NCBI RefSeq assembly: GCF_036365525.1
Contig: NC_090407.1
Location: 24,766,084 to 24,830,083 of the forward strand
Direction of reading: 5' to 3'
Length of the DNA: 64,000 nucleotides
DNA from: Heterodontus francisci
Lineage: Eukaryota
The position numbers were made by a program, and so were the translations under genes. Below are positions 1-11,900 of the stretch, piece after piece; position 1 is the stretch's first letter; the number at the start of each line of letters is the position of its first letter. A model generated the notes under the pieces. The model was given only the letters and a program-made list of their open reading frames with translations, was not told where the DNA came from and did no database searches.

Positions 1-324
1 CGCCCGCAACACACACCCATCCCCCCAAACTCTTATCTGTGTGACTCAGTACTTTCCCCCATCGGTGCATTTCCTGAACTACTGGAGGAAACAATTAAAC
101 CTCTCAAGATTAGAATATCGAGTACTCCCAAAATAAGTATCTCTCCCTGGTTACAGCTCAGAGCTGTAAAGTCAGTCTTGCTAAGAAAACAGAAGACAGC
201 CACACGGGACTGACAATTTGGAGAATAAACCATTGGAAAAGTGAATGTGTGAGTGAATGATAGCAGGTCAATGAGTGTATGAATTAATGAGCTAGTGTGA
301 GAATGCATACAGTTAGTGAGTTAT

Positions 325-3300
325 GGGTAGGCGGTGGCGTAGTGGTATTATCACTGGACTAGTAACCCTGAGACCCAGGGTATTTCTCTGGGGACATGGA
401 TTCGAATCCCACCACAGCAGAAGGTGGAATTTGAATGTAATTAATAAATCTGGAATTTTAAAAAAAGCTATAGCCATGAAATCATTGTCGATTGTTGTAA
501 AAACCCATCTGGTTCACTAATGTCCTTTGGCGAAGGAAATCTGCTGTCCTTACCTGGTCTGGCCTACATATGAGTCCAGACCCACAGCAATGTGGTTAAC
601 TCTTACATGCCCTCTGAAATGGCCTAGCAAGCCACTCAGTTGTACCTAACCGCTATGAAGTCAATAAAAAGGAATGAAACCGGACGGGCCACCCAGCATC
701 GACCTAGGCACCGGAAACGACAACAGCAAACCCAGCCCTGCCGACCCTGCAAAGTCCTCCTTACTAACATCTGGGGGCTTGTGCCAAGGTTGGGAGAGCT
801 GTCCCACAGACTAGTCAAGCAACAGACTGACATAGTCATACTCACGGAATCATACCTTACAGACAATGTCCCAGACTCTGTAATCACCATCCCCGGGTAT
901 GTCCTGTCCCACCGGCAGGACAGACCCAGCAGAGGTGGCGGGACAGTGGTATACAGTAGGGAGGGAGTTGCCCTGGGAGTCCTCAACATCGACTCCGGAC
1001 TCCATGAAGTCTCATGGCATCAGGTCAAACATGGGCAAGGAACCCTCCTGCTGATTACCACCTACCGCCCTCCCTCAGCTGATGACTCAGTGCTCCACCA
1101 TGTGAACACCACTTGGAGGAAGCACTGAGGGTGGCAAGGGCACAAAATGTACTCTGGGTGGGGGACATCAATGTCCATCACCAAGAGTGGCTCGGTAGCA
1201 CCACTACTGACCAAGATGACCAAGTCCTAAAGGACATAGCTGCTAGACTGGGTCTGCGGCCGGTGGTGAGGGAACCAACACGAGGGAAAAACATACTTGA
1301 CCTCATTCTCACCAATCTACCTGCTGCAGATGCTTCTGTCCATGACTGTATTGGTAGGAGTGACCACCGCACAGTCCTTGTGGAGATGAAGTCCCGCCTT
1401 CACATTGAGGATACCGTCCATCGTTTGGGTGGCACTACCACCGTGCTCAATGGGATAGATTTCGAACAGATCTAGCAATGCAAAACTGGGCATCCATGAG
1501 GCGCTGTGGGCCATCAGCAGCAGCAGAATTGTACTCAGCCACAATCTGTAACCTCATGGCCTGGCATATCCCCCAATCTACCACTACCATCAAGCCAGGA
1601 GACCAACCCTGGTTCAATGAAGAGTGCAGGAGGGCATGCCAAGAGCAGCACCAGGCATACCTCAAAATGAGGTGTCAACCTGGTGAAGCTACAACACAGG
1701 ACTATCTGCGTGCCAAACTGCGTAAGCAACATACGATAGACAGATCTAAGCATTCCCATAATCAACGGATCAGATCTAAGCTCTGCAGTCCTGCCACAAC
1801 CAGCCGTGAATGGTGGTGGACAATTAAATAACTAACTGGAGGAGGTGGCTCCACAAATATCCCCATCCTCAATGATGGGGGAGCCCAGCACATCAGTGCG
1901 AAAGATAAGGCTGAAGCATTTGCAACAATCTTCAGCCGGAAGTGCCGAGTTGATGATCCATCTCGGCCTCCTCCTGAAGTCCCCAGCATCACAGATGCCA
2001 AATTTCAGCCAATTCGATTCACTCCACATGATATCAAGAAATGACTGAAGTCACTGGATACTGCAAAAGCTATGGGCCCTGACACTATTCAGGCAATAGT
2101 ACTGAAGACCTGTGCTCCAGAACTTGCCGCGCCCCTACCCAAGTTGTTCCAGTACAGCTACAACACTGGCATTTACCCTGCAATGTGGAAAATTGCCCAG
2201 GTATGTGCTGTACATAAAAAGCAGGACAAATCCAACCCGGCCAAATACCTCCCCATCAGTCTACTCTCTATAATCAGTAAAGTGATGGAAGGTGTCATCA
2301 ACAGTGCCATCAAGCGGCACTTGCTTAGCAATAACCTGCTCAGTGATGCTCAGTTTGGCTTCTGCCAGGGCCACTCAACTCCTGACCTCATTACAGCCTT
2401 GGTTCAAACATGGACAAAAGGGCTGAACTCAAGAGGTGAGGTGAGAGTGACTGCCCTTGACATCAAGGCAGCATTTGACCGAGTATGGCATCAAGGAGCC
2501 CTAGCAAAACTGAGGTCAGTGGGAATTAGGGGGAAAACCCACCGCTGGCTGGAATCATATCTAGCTTAAAGAAAGATGGTTGTGGTTGTTGGAGGTCAAT
2601 CATCTGATCTCCAGGACATCAATGCAGGAGTTCCTCAGGGTAGTGTCCTAGGCCCAACCATCTTCAGCTGTTTCATCAATGACCTTCCTTCAATCATAAG
2701 GTCAGAAGTGGGGATGTTCGCTGATGATTGCACAATGTTCAGCGCCATTCGTGACTCCTTAGATACTGAAGCAGTCCATGTAGAAATGCAGCAAGACCTG
2801 GACAATATCCAGGCTTGGGCTGATAAGTGGCAAGTAACATTCGCTGCACACATGTGCCAGGCAATGACCATCTCCAACAAGAGAGAATCTAACCATCTTC
2901 CCTTGACATTCAACAGCATTACCATCGCTGAATCCCCCACTATCAACATCTTAGGGGCTACCATTGACCAGAAACTGAACTGGAGTAGCCATATAAATAC
3001 CGTGGCTCCAACAGCAGGTCAGAGGCTAGGAATCCTGAGGCGAGTAACTCACCTCCTGACTCCCCAAAGCCTGTCCACCATCTACAAGGCACAAGTCAGG
3101 AGTGTGATGGAATACTCTCCACTTGCCTGGATGGGTGCAGCTCCAACAACACTCAAGAAGCTCGACACCATCCAGGACAAAGCAGCCCGCTTGATTGGCA
3201 CCCCATCTACAAACAGTCACTCCCTCAACCACCGACGCAAAGTGGCAGCAGTGTGTACCATCTACAAGATGCACTGCAGCAATGCATCAAGGCTCCTTAG

Positions 3301-3615
3301 ACAGCACCTTCCAAACCCGCGACCTCTACCAACTAGAAGGACAAGGGCAGCAAATACATGGGAACACCACCACCTGCAAGTTCCCCTCCAAGTCACACAC
3401 CATCCTGACTTGGAACTATATCGCCGTTCCTTCACTGTCGCTGGGTCAAAATCCTGGAACTCCCTTCCTAACAGCACTGTGGGTGTACCAACCTCACATG
3501 GACTGCAGCTGTTCAAGAAGGCAGCTCACCACCACCTTCTCAAGGGCAATTAGGGATGGGCAATAAATGCTGGCCTAGCCAGCGTCGACCACATCCCATG
3601 AATGAATAAAAAAAA
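325..3615 (+). mobile_element. Near full-length single-ORF LINE (CR1/L2-group, APE endonuclease + reverse transcriptase) with a tRNA-like 5' head; frameshifted
   Basis: Consecutive ORFs from 640 to 3553 give APE motifs (ILTESYL, VGDINVHH, LDLILTN, RSDH) and RT motifs (PISLLSIISKVME, QFGF, ALDIKAAFDRVWH, GVPQGSVLGP, FADD). The 3' tail has AATAAA and ends ATGAATGAATAAAAAAAA. A box TGGCGTAGTGG at 335-345 and B box GGATTCGAATCC at 398-409. Confidence 0.92.
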
Positions 3616-4274
3616 GTACATATTCCTCCCATTTTGTCATTTTCATGTTATTGTTAAGGAATTTCAGTGTACTGCTGCTAGGTTGAGCCTAGTTTGGCAA
3701 ACAATTGATCCCTTAGGAACAATCCCTCAATGAAACCTTGAGCAGAGTCAGTGTTCAACCTTCTCCACCCAGCCTCACTCTGCTTCATCCGATTGGACAG
3801 GAAACCTGTAAATAGAGGGCCCCTTCCACTGGGACTACAGTGTTGATACAGGGGCAGCTCCATACGCAGTGCCTCAATAACATTTCATCAACAAATTTTC
3901 CTACATTAAAAATAAAACACATTATTTCCTATTTAATAAAGCTCAAATAATTCTCAAGAGATACATGACAACAGTGATTGCACTCAACGTAATTGACGAT
4001 GTTTTGTAATAAGGTGCAGTCTGAATACAATAGTTAGTAAGTTAATATACCCATGTTAAATAATCCAATTGGCATTAATCATCAGGAGACCATTCCAATT
4101 ACTGGTGTTGCTTTCTAGCAATCTCATTGGTCAAGAATTGGCCACCTAACATTTCAAGTGTTGATCACACTTCGAAGCAGCTTCATTGGCCAATAGCAAC
4201 GATGTGGCAATTTTGTGTGTCACTTTCTAGCAATTCTATTGGCTGTTAGCAAGCGCCTCGCCAACCTGCTTCCC

Positions 4275-4375
4275 CTGTTCTGATGATGAAAGGTCAGAGA
4301 CCTGAAACACTAACTCTGTTTCTGTCTCCATAGATGCTGCCTGACCTGTTGAGTATTTCCAGCAGTTATTTTGCT
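4275..4375 (+). mobile_element. Short remnant of a recurrent repeat (Penelope-like terminal segment)
   Basis: TTCTGATGATGAAAGGTCAGAGACCTGAAAC...GATGCTGCCTGACCTGTTGAGTATTTCCAGCA recurs in either orientation near 20920-21020, 34950-35015 and 47115-47210. The family name is from memory. Confidence 0.55.
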
Positions 4376-5239
4376 TCCCTTGTGATAGGCAGGGCTCTGG
4401 ACCAATGCCGGGTGAAGTGGAGGATTTGGGGGATTTCCATGGGGGACCGCTGTTTGTTGGGCTCTGGGATTGCAGCAAGGTAGATTAGAAGGAGAAGGTC
4501 AGCATTTTCACCCAATTTACTATAAAATTATTAAACATTAGAAATGTAATGTAGACAGGGAAATGGCAGAATAACAAGAAGTAGACTTCGTCCCTGAACA
4601 GCCACATAATATTTGGCTGGTTATTCATCGTTACTGTTCCACCAAAACAAAACTGTTGGATTATTGAACTGAAACTGTTTCTCGCTTCAGTCTTTGGGGC
4701 TGAATATATGGTAACAATGTTCAGAGTATATGTTGTGGGATTAAATCCGCGCCGTATCTCAAGTGATCGAACCATAGACACGGGCAGTAAAGCCAATTAA
4801 ACGAGTTTTGAATTGTCTATGGCCTTTTAAGCCTGCACTTCAGGAAGATAATGAAATTGTGAACATTTACTGAAATGACTGTGTGGGAACCGCCTGCTGC
4901 AGCAGTTGAAGTTTTATTCCAATTATTTTTTTTTTATTCCGTGACTAACATTGCAGTTTTGAAATTGATTTGTTCTGAAAGGCAGTTAAAGAGGGTTTGA
5001 AATAGCCAGAAGACGCACGTTCTGTTATCCTTATTACTTCATCTCGGCATTTTTCACACACCTCTTAATCCTGGGAGATCAACAGTGTTTTTATAACTCG
5101 GAGCTAATCAGATTCTGTGCCTCCTTCCTCCTGGATTAATGAACTCATAGCTTTTTAAAATCAGCTTCATCAAAACAGGATCATCTCAAGCAGAATTTTT
5201 TTTTTAATACCTTATTTAAAAACATCCGTAGTAAATCCC

Positions 5240-5770
5240 TCCACACCCTTCCCTGCCACAGCAGCGAGACAGCTCTTATCAAAGTCATAAATGGCATCCT
5301 ATGTGTCTGTGACAAATGTAAACTAACCCTCCTGGTCCTTCTTAACCTGTCAGCAACCTTTGATCCAACTGACCATACCATCTTCTCCTTGTCCAGGTGG
5401 GAGGGATCACACTGGTGGGATTGTTATCCATCCAATGATAGCCAGAGAATCACCCGCAATGACTTCTCTTCCCAGTCCCACACCATTACCTCCGGTGCTC
5501 CCCAAGGATCAATCCTTGCCCTCCTCTTATTTCTCATCTACATGCTGTGCCTCTCAACATCATCTGAAAACACAGCATCAGCTTTCCATGTACACTGACC
5601 ACTGCCAGCTCGTCCTCACCACCTTCCTCAATCCCTCTACTGTCTCTCAATTGTCCAATTGCTTATCCTACAACCAACACTGGATCAGCAGAAATGTCCT
5701 CCATCTAAAGAAGGGGAAGGACAAATCCATTATCTGCAGCTCCTGCCACAAACTCTGTTCCCTAGCCACT
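5240..5770 (+). mobile_element. Degenerate L2-type LINE RT fragment (3' tail resumes at ~7810-7990)
   Basis: Translation ITSGAPQGSILALLLFLIYML. An L2-like tail (GGAATTCCCTCC...AAAACCTACT...TATATAAATACAAG) follows the RTE insertion. Confidence 0.7.
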
Positions 5771-7775
5771 GGTTTGTGAAGCAGCGCCTGGAGTGGCTAT
5801 AAAGGCCAATTCTGGAGTGACAGGCTCTTCCACAGGTGCTGCAGAGAAATTTGTTTGTCGGGGCTGTTGCACAGTTGGCTCTCCCCTTGCGCCTCTGTCT
5901 TTTTTCCTGCCAACTACTAAGTCTCTTCGACTCGCCACAATTTAGCCCTGTCTTTATGGCTGCCCGCCAGCTCTGGCGAATGCTGGCAACTGACTCCCAC
6001 GACTTGTGATCAATGTCACACGATTTCATGTCGCGTTTGCAGACGTCTTTATAGCGGAGACATGGACGGCCGGTGGGTCTGATACCAGTGGCGAGCTCGC
6101 TGTACAATGTGTCTTTGGGGATCCTGCCATCTTCCGTGCGGCTCACATGGCCAAGCCATCTCAAGCGCCGCTGACTCAGTAGTGTGTATAAGCTGGGGGT
6201 GTTGGCCGTTTCAAGGACTTCTGTGTTGGAGATATAGTCCTGCCACCTGATGCCAAGTATTCTCCGAAGGCAGCGAAGATGGAATGAATTGAGACGTCAC
6301 TCTTGGCTGGCATACGTTGTCCAGGCCTCGCTGCCGTAGAGCAAGGTACTGAGGACACAGGCCTGATACACTCGGACTTTTGTGTTCCGTGTCAGTGCGC
6401 CATTTTCCCACACTCTCTTGGCCAGTCTGGACATAGCAGTGGAAGCCTTACCCATGCGCTTGTTGATTTCTGCATCTAGAGACAGGTTACTGGTGATAGT
6501 TGAGCCTAGGTAGGTGAACTCTTGAACCACTTCCAGAGCGTGGTCGCCAATATTGATGGATGGAGCATTTCTGACGTCCTGCCCCATGATGTTCGTTTTC
6601 TTGAGGCTGATGGTTAGGCCAAATTCATTGCAGGCAGCCGCAAACCTGTCGATGAGACTCTGCAGGCACTCTTCAGTGTGAGATGTTAAAGCAGCATCGT
6701 CAGCAAAGAGGAGTTCTCTGATGAGGACTTTCCGTACTTTGGACTTCGCTCTTAGACGGGCAAGGTTGAACAACCTGCCCCCTGATCTTGTGTGGAGGAA
6801 AATTCCTTCTTCAGAGGATTTGAACGCATGTGAAAGCAGCAGGGAGAAGAAAATCCCAAAAAGTGTGGGTGCGAGAACACAGCCCTGTTTCACACCACTC
6901 AGGATAGGAAAGGGCTCTGATGAGGAGCCACCATGTTGAATTGTGCCTTTCATATTGTCATGGAATGAGGTGATGATACTTAGTAGCTTTGGTGGACATC
7001 CGATCTTTTCTAGTAGTCTGAAGAGACCACGTCTGCTGACGAGGTCAAAGGCTTTGGTGAGATCAATGAAAGCAATGTAGAGGGAGGGGCATCTGTTGTT
7101 CACGGCATTTCTCCTGTATCTGACGAAGGGAGAACAGCATGTCAATGGTCGATCTCTCTGCACGAAAGCCACACTGTGCCTCAGGGTAGACGCGCTCGGC
7201 CAGCTTCTGGAGCCTGTTCAGAGCGACTCGAGCAAAGACTTTCCCCACTATGCTCAGCAGGGAGATTCCACGGTAGTTGTTGCAGTCACCGCGGTCACCT
7301 TTGTTTTTATAGAGGGTGATGATGTTGGCATCGCGCATGTCCTGGGGTACTGCTCCCTCGTCCCAGCACAGGCATAGCAGTTCATGTAGTGCTGAGAGTA
7401 TAGCAGGCTTGGCACTCTTGATTATTTCAGGGGTAATGCTGTCCTTCCCAGGGGCTTTTCCGCTGGCTAGAGAATCAATGGCATCACTGAGTTCCGATTT
7501 GGTTGGCTGTATGTCCAGCTCATCCATGACTGGTCGAGGCTGGGCTGCATTGAGGGCAGTCTCAGTGACAGCATTCTCCCTGGAGTACAGTTCGAGGTAG
7601 TGCTCAACCCAGCGGTCCATCTGTTTGCTTTGGTCAGTGATTATGTCCCCCGATTTAGATTTGAGGGGGGCGATCTTCTTGATGGTTGGCCCAAGAGCTC
7701 TCTTCATGCCATCATACATTCCTCTGATGTTTCCGGTGTCTGAGGCCAGCTGAATATGACTGCATAGGTGTTGCC
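5771..7775 (-). mobile_element. RTE-clade LINE, RT and C-terminal region, truncated at both ends, few disablements
   Basis: ORFs 7063-7719, 6297-7172 and 5730-6164: KAPGKDSITPE, YRGISLLSIVGK, QCGFR, AFIDLTKAFD, GVKQGCVLAP, LLFADD, LRWLGHV..DGRIPK, C-terminal CxxC..H (CSTCGRACHSRIGLYSH). Confidence 0.92.
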
Positions 7776-8519
7776 TATGAACCAGGTAACACTACGTATA
7801 ACACGAAGCTACGGAATTCCCTCCATAAACCTCTCAGCCTCTCTTCCTCTTTTTTTTTTCCTTGAGACACCCTCCTGAAAACCTACTTTTTTGACCGTCT
7901 GCTCTATTATCACCTTCTGTGGCTCGGTCTCAAATTGTAGTATAATGAAGTATATCATAGTTGTGTTAAATACGCTATATATAAATACAAGCGGCAGTGG
8001 TAGAAAATGAAATATTTTCTGAACCCTGTCAAATACTAATCATTGCAGCATAATTAGAGAATCTTTTTGAGGCTCCTTATTATTTATGTATCCCTTTCGT
8101 AGCTACACTTTTGCACTTCCTCCAGCTCCCATTTCTGATTGGGCTCTACCCCTTCAAGTAAGCCTTTGGTCAGTTCCCCAACTCTAATATCTGTTCCTGC
8201 TCATTTTTCGGAAGCACCTTTGTTCGAGGGGCTGCAAACATGCAAAATTGCTGTTGCTCAAAGTTTATCAGTTTAACCTTCTGAGACCGGGGCGGCCCAC
8301 TGCAACGTTGCAACAGCGCCGTTCAGTGGTGATATGTAGAACTGTCCCTCTAACGTGATACCAGTGGCTAGAGAAATGGACTGGTGTAGCAAAGAAATTC
8401 TGCCCTACCCCCAGTCTTCAATCAAGACTGATCTGTAATAATTTGCCAAAAAAAATACTTTTCAGGAAGTCAGCTTACCTCACAACCTTCTGGAGAAAAG
8501 AGTCCCATGGAGCTTTTCC

Positions 8520-8935
8520 TGATAATTATAACCTTTCAGCTCTGGTATTGTCCTAGTAAATCTTTTTACACCTCCTTCAGTGCCCTGATATTCTTTTTTT
8601 TTTGTTACATAGAGACCACACTTACTCCAGTACCTCACTGTATTCTAAGTGTGGTCCAACCAAGGTGTCTTATACGTTTATTGGAACTGCTCTGCTTTTG
8701 AATTCTCTTCCTCGAGAAATGAACCCCAATGCTTTGTTTGCATTTTTCAAAAATTGCATTGCTACCTTTAACGATTTTGAGTCTGTGCTCCACGATCCCT
8801 TTGTTCCTTCACCCCATTTAAATTTATTTTCCAAGGACTATGTGGTCTTCTTATTCCTCCTTCCAAAATCACACTTAGCTATATTGAAATTAATTTGCTA
8901 TTTACACACCCATTCTGCAAGTTTCTTAATGGTAG
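8520..8935 (-). mobile_element. Old CR1-type LINE fragment
   Basis: Degenerate reverse complement of the CR1 RT 3' region (CCAGTACCTCACTGTATTCTAAGTGTGGTCCAACCAAGG). Confidence 0.6.
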
Positions 8936-9599
8936 ATGTTTGCTAATAAACATATATGTGTGAAGTACATTCACCTGTATTGAGAGTTTGTGCAAAGCAT
9001 CTTCTACTAAAAAGCTGGAACAGTCACTGAGATAATGAGATAACTGGTGTAAGAGGCACAGGAGACTTCTGACCTGGACATAACCCATTACTGTCACAAT
9101 GGCGGCACCTGCTGGTCAATGTCAGTAATTCAGTCCATCATTTGAAAGCTGCTCACTGTTCTTTTCAGGCTATCTGCAACTAAGGATCTGGTCTCCTGGT
9201 CAGGAGGATAACTGTATCCTACAAGGAGGAAATATCAACAGGATAGGGAGAGGAGGAAAGAGACCAGAGCTGGACCCTTTCTGATTTCCCCCACCAGCCC
9301 CCCAACTCTGAGGACATCCTTTATCGCCCCAACTAACTCACCAGAGATCAACTCTGGGAACCCTCCTTGTTGTACAGTTCAGTACTGTACCAGGGGAAGA
9401 AACTGCTTCTTTACAATGCTACTTATATAAGACACAGCATTTAAAAGATTGCAGCATAAATAAGAAAGAGGAAAGGCCATTCAGTTCATTTTAATACATC
9501 CACGCAGTAAAACAGTAGTCTCCACACTTCAACATCTAATTGTTTCGGAAATTATTCTAGGGCTTTTGTTCCACTACTTGATTTAAAAGTCAGTTTCAT

Positions 9600-10850
9600 G
9601 GATTGTGTGAACTTCCTGATATCAGTCTGAAATCTTCATTGTATTAGTTTGTGTTTTTACCCTCTTTCCCCAGCCCACCATTTCAAAGTAATATTGTAGA
9701 TTTACCTTTTCCATTCCCTTATCAATTTTATATGACTCCACATCACCTGGCAATCACCCCTTTTTGAGGTTTCTAAACTTCGTTTTTTCAGTTTTCCCTT
9801 ATAACTCAGACCCCTGTCTCTAGATATTAACCTTGTGGTTTTTCTCTGCACTACCTCCAATGTTTGGATGTCTTCTTTAGCTCGGTGATCTGAACTGGAC
9901 AGACGAGTCAAGGGGCAATCTGGCCAGATCCAGTTTGATCATGAAATACTCCACTATTTTCACTGTGTTCACTGTTGTTCACTGAACAACAGATGCCCCT
10001 CTACATTGCTTTCATTGATCTCACCAAAGTCTCTCGAGATGAGGAGGCTCAAAAGAAAGAAGTTCAATATTCTATTGGTTTCGTTGATTGCTGCTCTGAA
10101 CTGTTTGGAGATGTGTGTAAAGTCTACCAAGTCTTTCACAAATTTATTCTTAGCTATTTCAGCACCAGTCATAGAGTGCACAGATCATCCATTTTTTTTT
10201 GTGTGGTCTGAACACCTTTTGAAAATCCATATACACAGCATCAACCACACCATCCTCATCAAACCTCTTTTATTTCATCAAAGAACTCAATCAAGCTTTT
10301 CAGATATGACTTACTTTTAACAAATCCAAATTGGCTGTCATTAACTAACCCATGTTTGTCCGAGTGAAAATTAATTTTGTTCTGTTTTCTGGTCTCTAGA
10401 AGTTTCCCCACTGATTGGAACATTGTAGCCATAGCCTCTGTTGTTTCCATCCTTACTTCCCACCTCAATCTAGGATGCATATCAGCCAGACTGGGTGACA
10501 TTTCTACTTTGAGTGCTACGAACCTTTTATGTCCTTTTCCTATTTTCATCCCATCCAATTTCTCTTACATATTTCGTACAACTCATTCAGAAATTTCTGA
10601 GCTGCCTCCTCCCATTCCACTGCCCCTCCTAATTTGGTAGTTTGCATTGAGTTTCTAAATCCTAGTCATTGATGTAAATTAGAAATAGCAATGGTCCCGA
10701 TATTGAGCTCTAGGACACCCCACTCAGTACTTCCCTCCCTCAGCATAACTCCTTTCAGTCACTTTCTTATCCATTCCTGCATTTGCAGAGTTTTGGATCT
10801 TCCTAATAATCTTTCCTGTGGAATTCAATGTATAGGAGTCATGAATATTT
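9600..10850 (-). mobile_element. Old CR1-type LINE fragments, interrupted at ~9960-10050
   Basis: Translations DIQTLEVVQRKTTRLI, KFVKDLVDFTH, SPSLADMHPRL, SQFGFVKSKSYLKSLIEFFDE. Confidence 0.7.
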
Positions 10851-11214
10851 CCTGTGATATAAAAGACAAACACACAAAAAAAAGCTTTAAAAATTATTTG
10901 CTCAAAAACACAAATTAACATCAATTATACAAAAAAATACTGGCATAGGAATTTGTTTAAATCAACATTGTAAACTCATGTTTTGTACAGATTTTAGCAA
11001 TAACTGAGGAAAAAATACAATAACTTTAATTGCATTAAAAATTATAAGAGCATTTTATTGGAAATACACATTATTGATTTCTGCCAAGAATGCATAAATA
11101 ACCTCCTGAATTTAAGGTAACCTGAAAAAGCAGACCAATGCCATTAGTCAGTGCAGATTAATCATCCCCAATTGGTGTAGAAAACGTTTCCCTTTCTCTT
11201 TGTACTGACAGACA

Positions 11215-11263
11215 GCACTGACCTAGATTGCACTGACCTAGATTGCACTGACCTAGATTGCAC
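11215..11263. repeat. Tandem repeat, 15-bp unit x3.3
   Basis: GCACTGACCTAGATT three times, then GCAC. Confidence 0.9.
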
Positions 11264-11289
11264 CTTCACCCAACTGAGCAAGTTCTGCA

Positions 11290-11900
11290 GCAACAGGCTG
11301 GCACTAAGGCTTTGTAAATAGATGCATGAGCACAAGAAGGAAGTTATGGTAAACTTTTAAAAATCATTATTTTGGCCTTTGCTGCAGTGTTGTTTCCAAT
11401 TCTGGGCGGCACACTTTAAAGAAGGACGTCAAGCCTTGAAAAAGGTGCAGAGGAAATTTATTGAATGATACTAGGGATGCGGGACTTCAGTTATTTGGAG
11501 GAACTAGATAAGTGGGATTGTTCTTAGAGCAGAAAAGTCGAAGGGGCAAATTAATAGGCGTTCAAAATTATGAAGAGTTTTGATATGGTGAAACTATCTA
11601 CTCGGTTTCCACTGTTAGGAGGGTCAATAACCAGAGGAGACAGATTTATGATTGGCAAAAAGAACCAGATGGCAGATAAAGGGAATTACTAATACTCAGC
11701 AAGTTATGATGATCTGGAATGTATTGCAAGGACAGTGAAAACAGATTCAATAGTAACTTTCAAAGGAGAATTGGAAAAGGAAAACATTGCAAGGCGATGG
11801 GAGAAGAGGAGAGTGGGAGTAATTGGATCGCTCCTTCAAAGAGCCAGCAGAGGCACGATGGGCTGAATAACCTTCTGCAGTGCCATATGATTCTATGAAA
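11290..11900 (+). mobile_element. Old CR1-type LINE 3' end
   Basis: CAATTCTGGGCGGCACAC...AGGTGCAGAGGAAATTTA, then tail GAGCCAGCAGAGGCACGATGGGCTGAATAACCT...ATGATTCTATGA. Confidence 0.7.

Noticed and set aside
33-308. 91-aa minus-strand ORF at the window start
   Set aside because: No recognisable homology, and it is partly GTGA/ATGA low-complexity sequence.
2576-3553. 325-aa ORF (and the 389-aa ORF at 27121-28290) as host genes or active RTs
   Set aside because: Both are pieces of frameshifted LINE ORFs, and the second starts inside an inserted SINE.
8478-8518. Minus-strand micro-exon (cag...GAG|gtaagc)
   Set aside because: It resembles CR1 3' sequence, abuts a CR1 remnant, and no partner exons were found.
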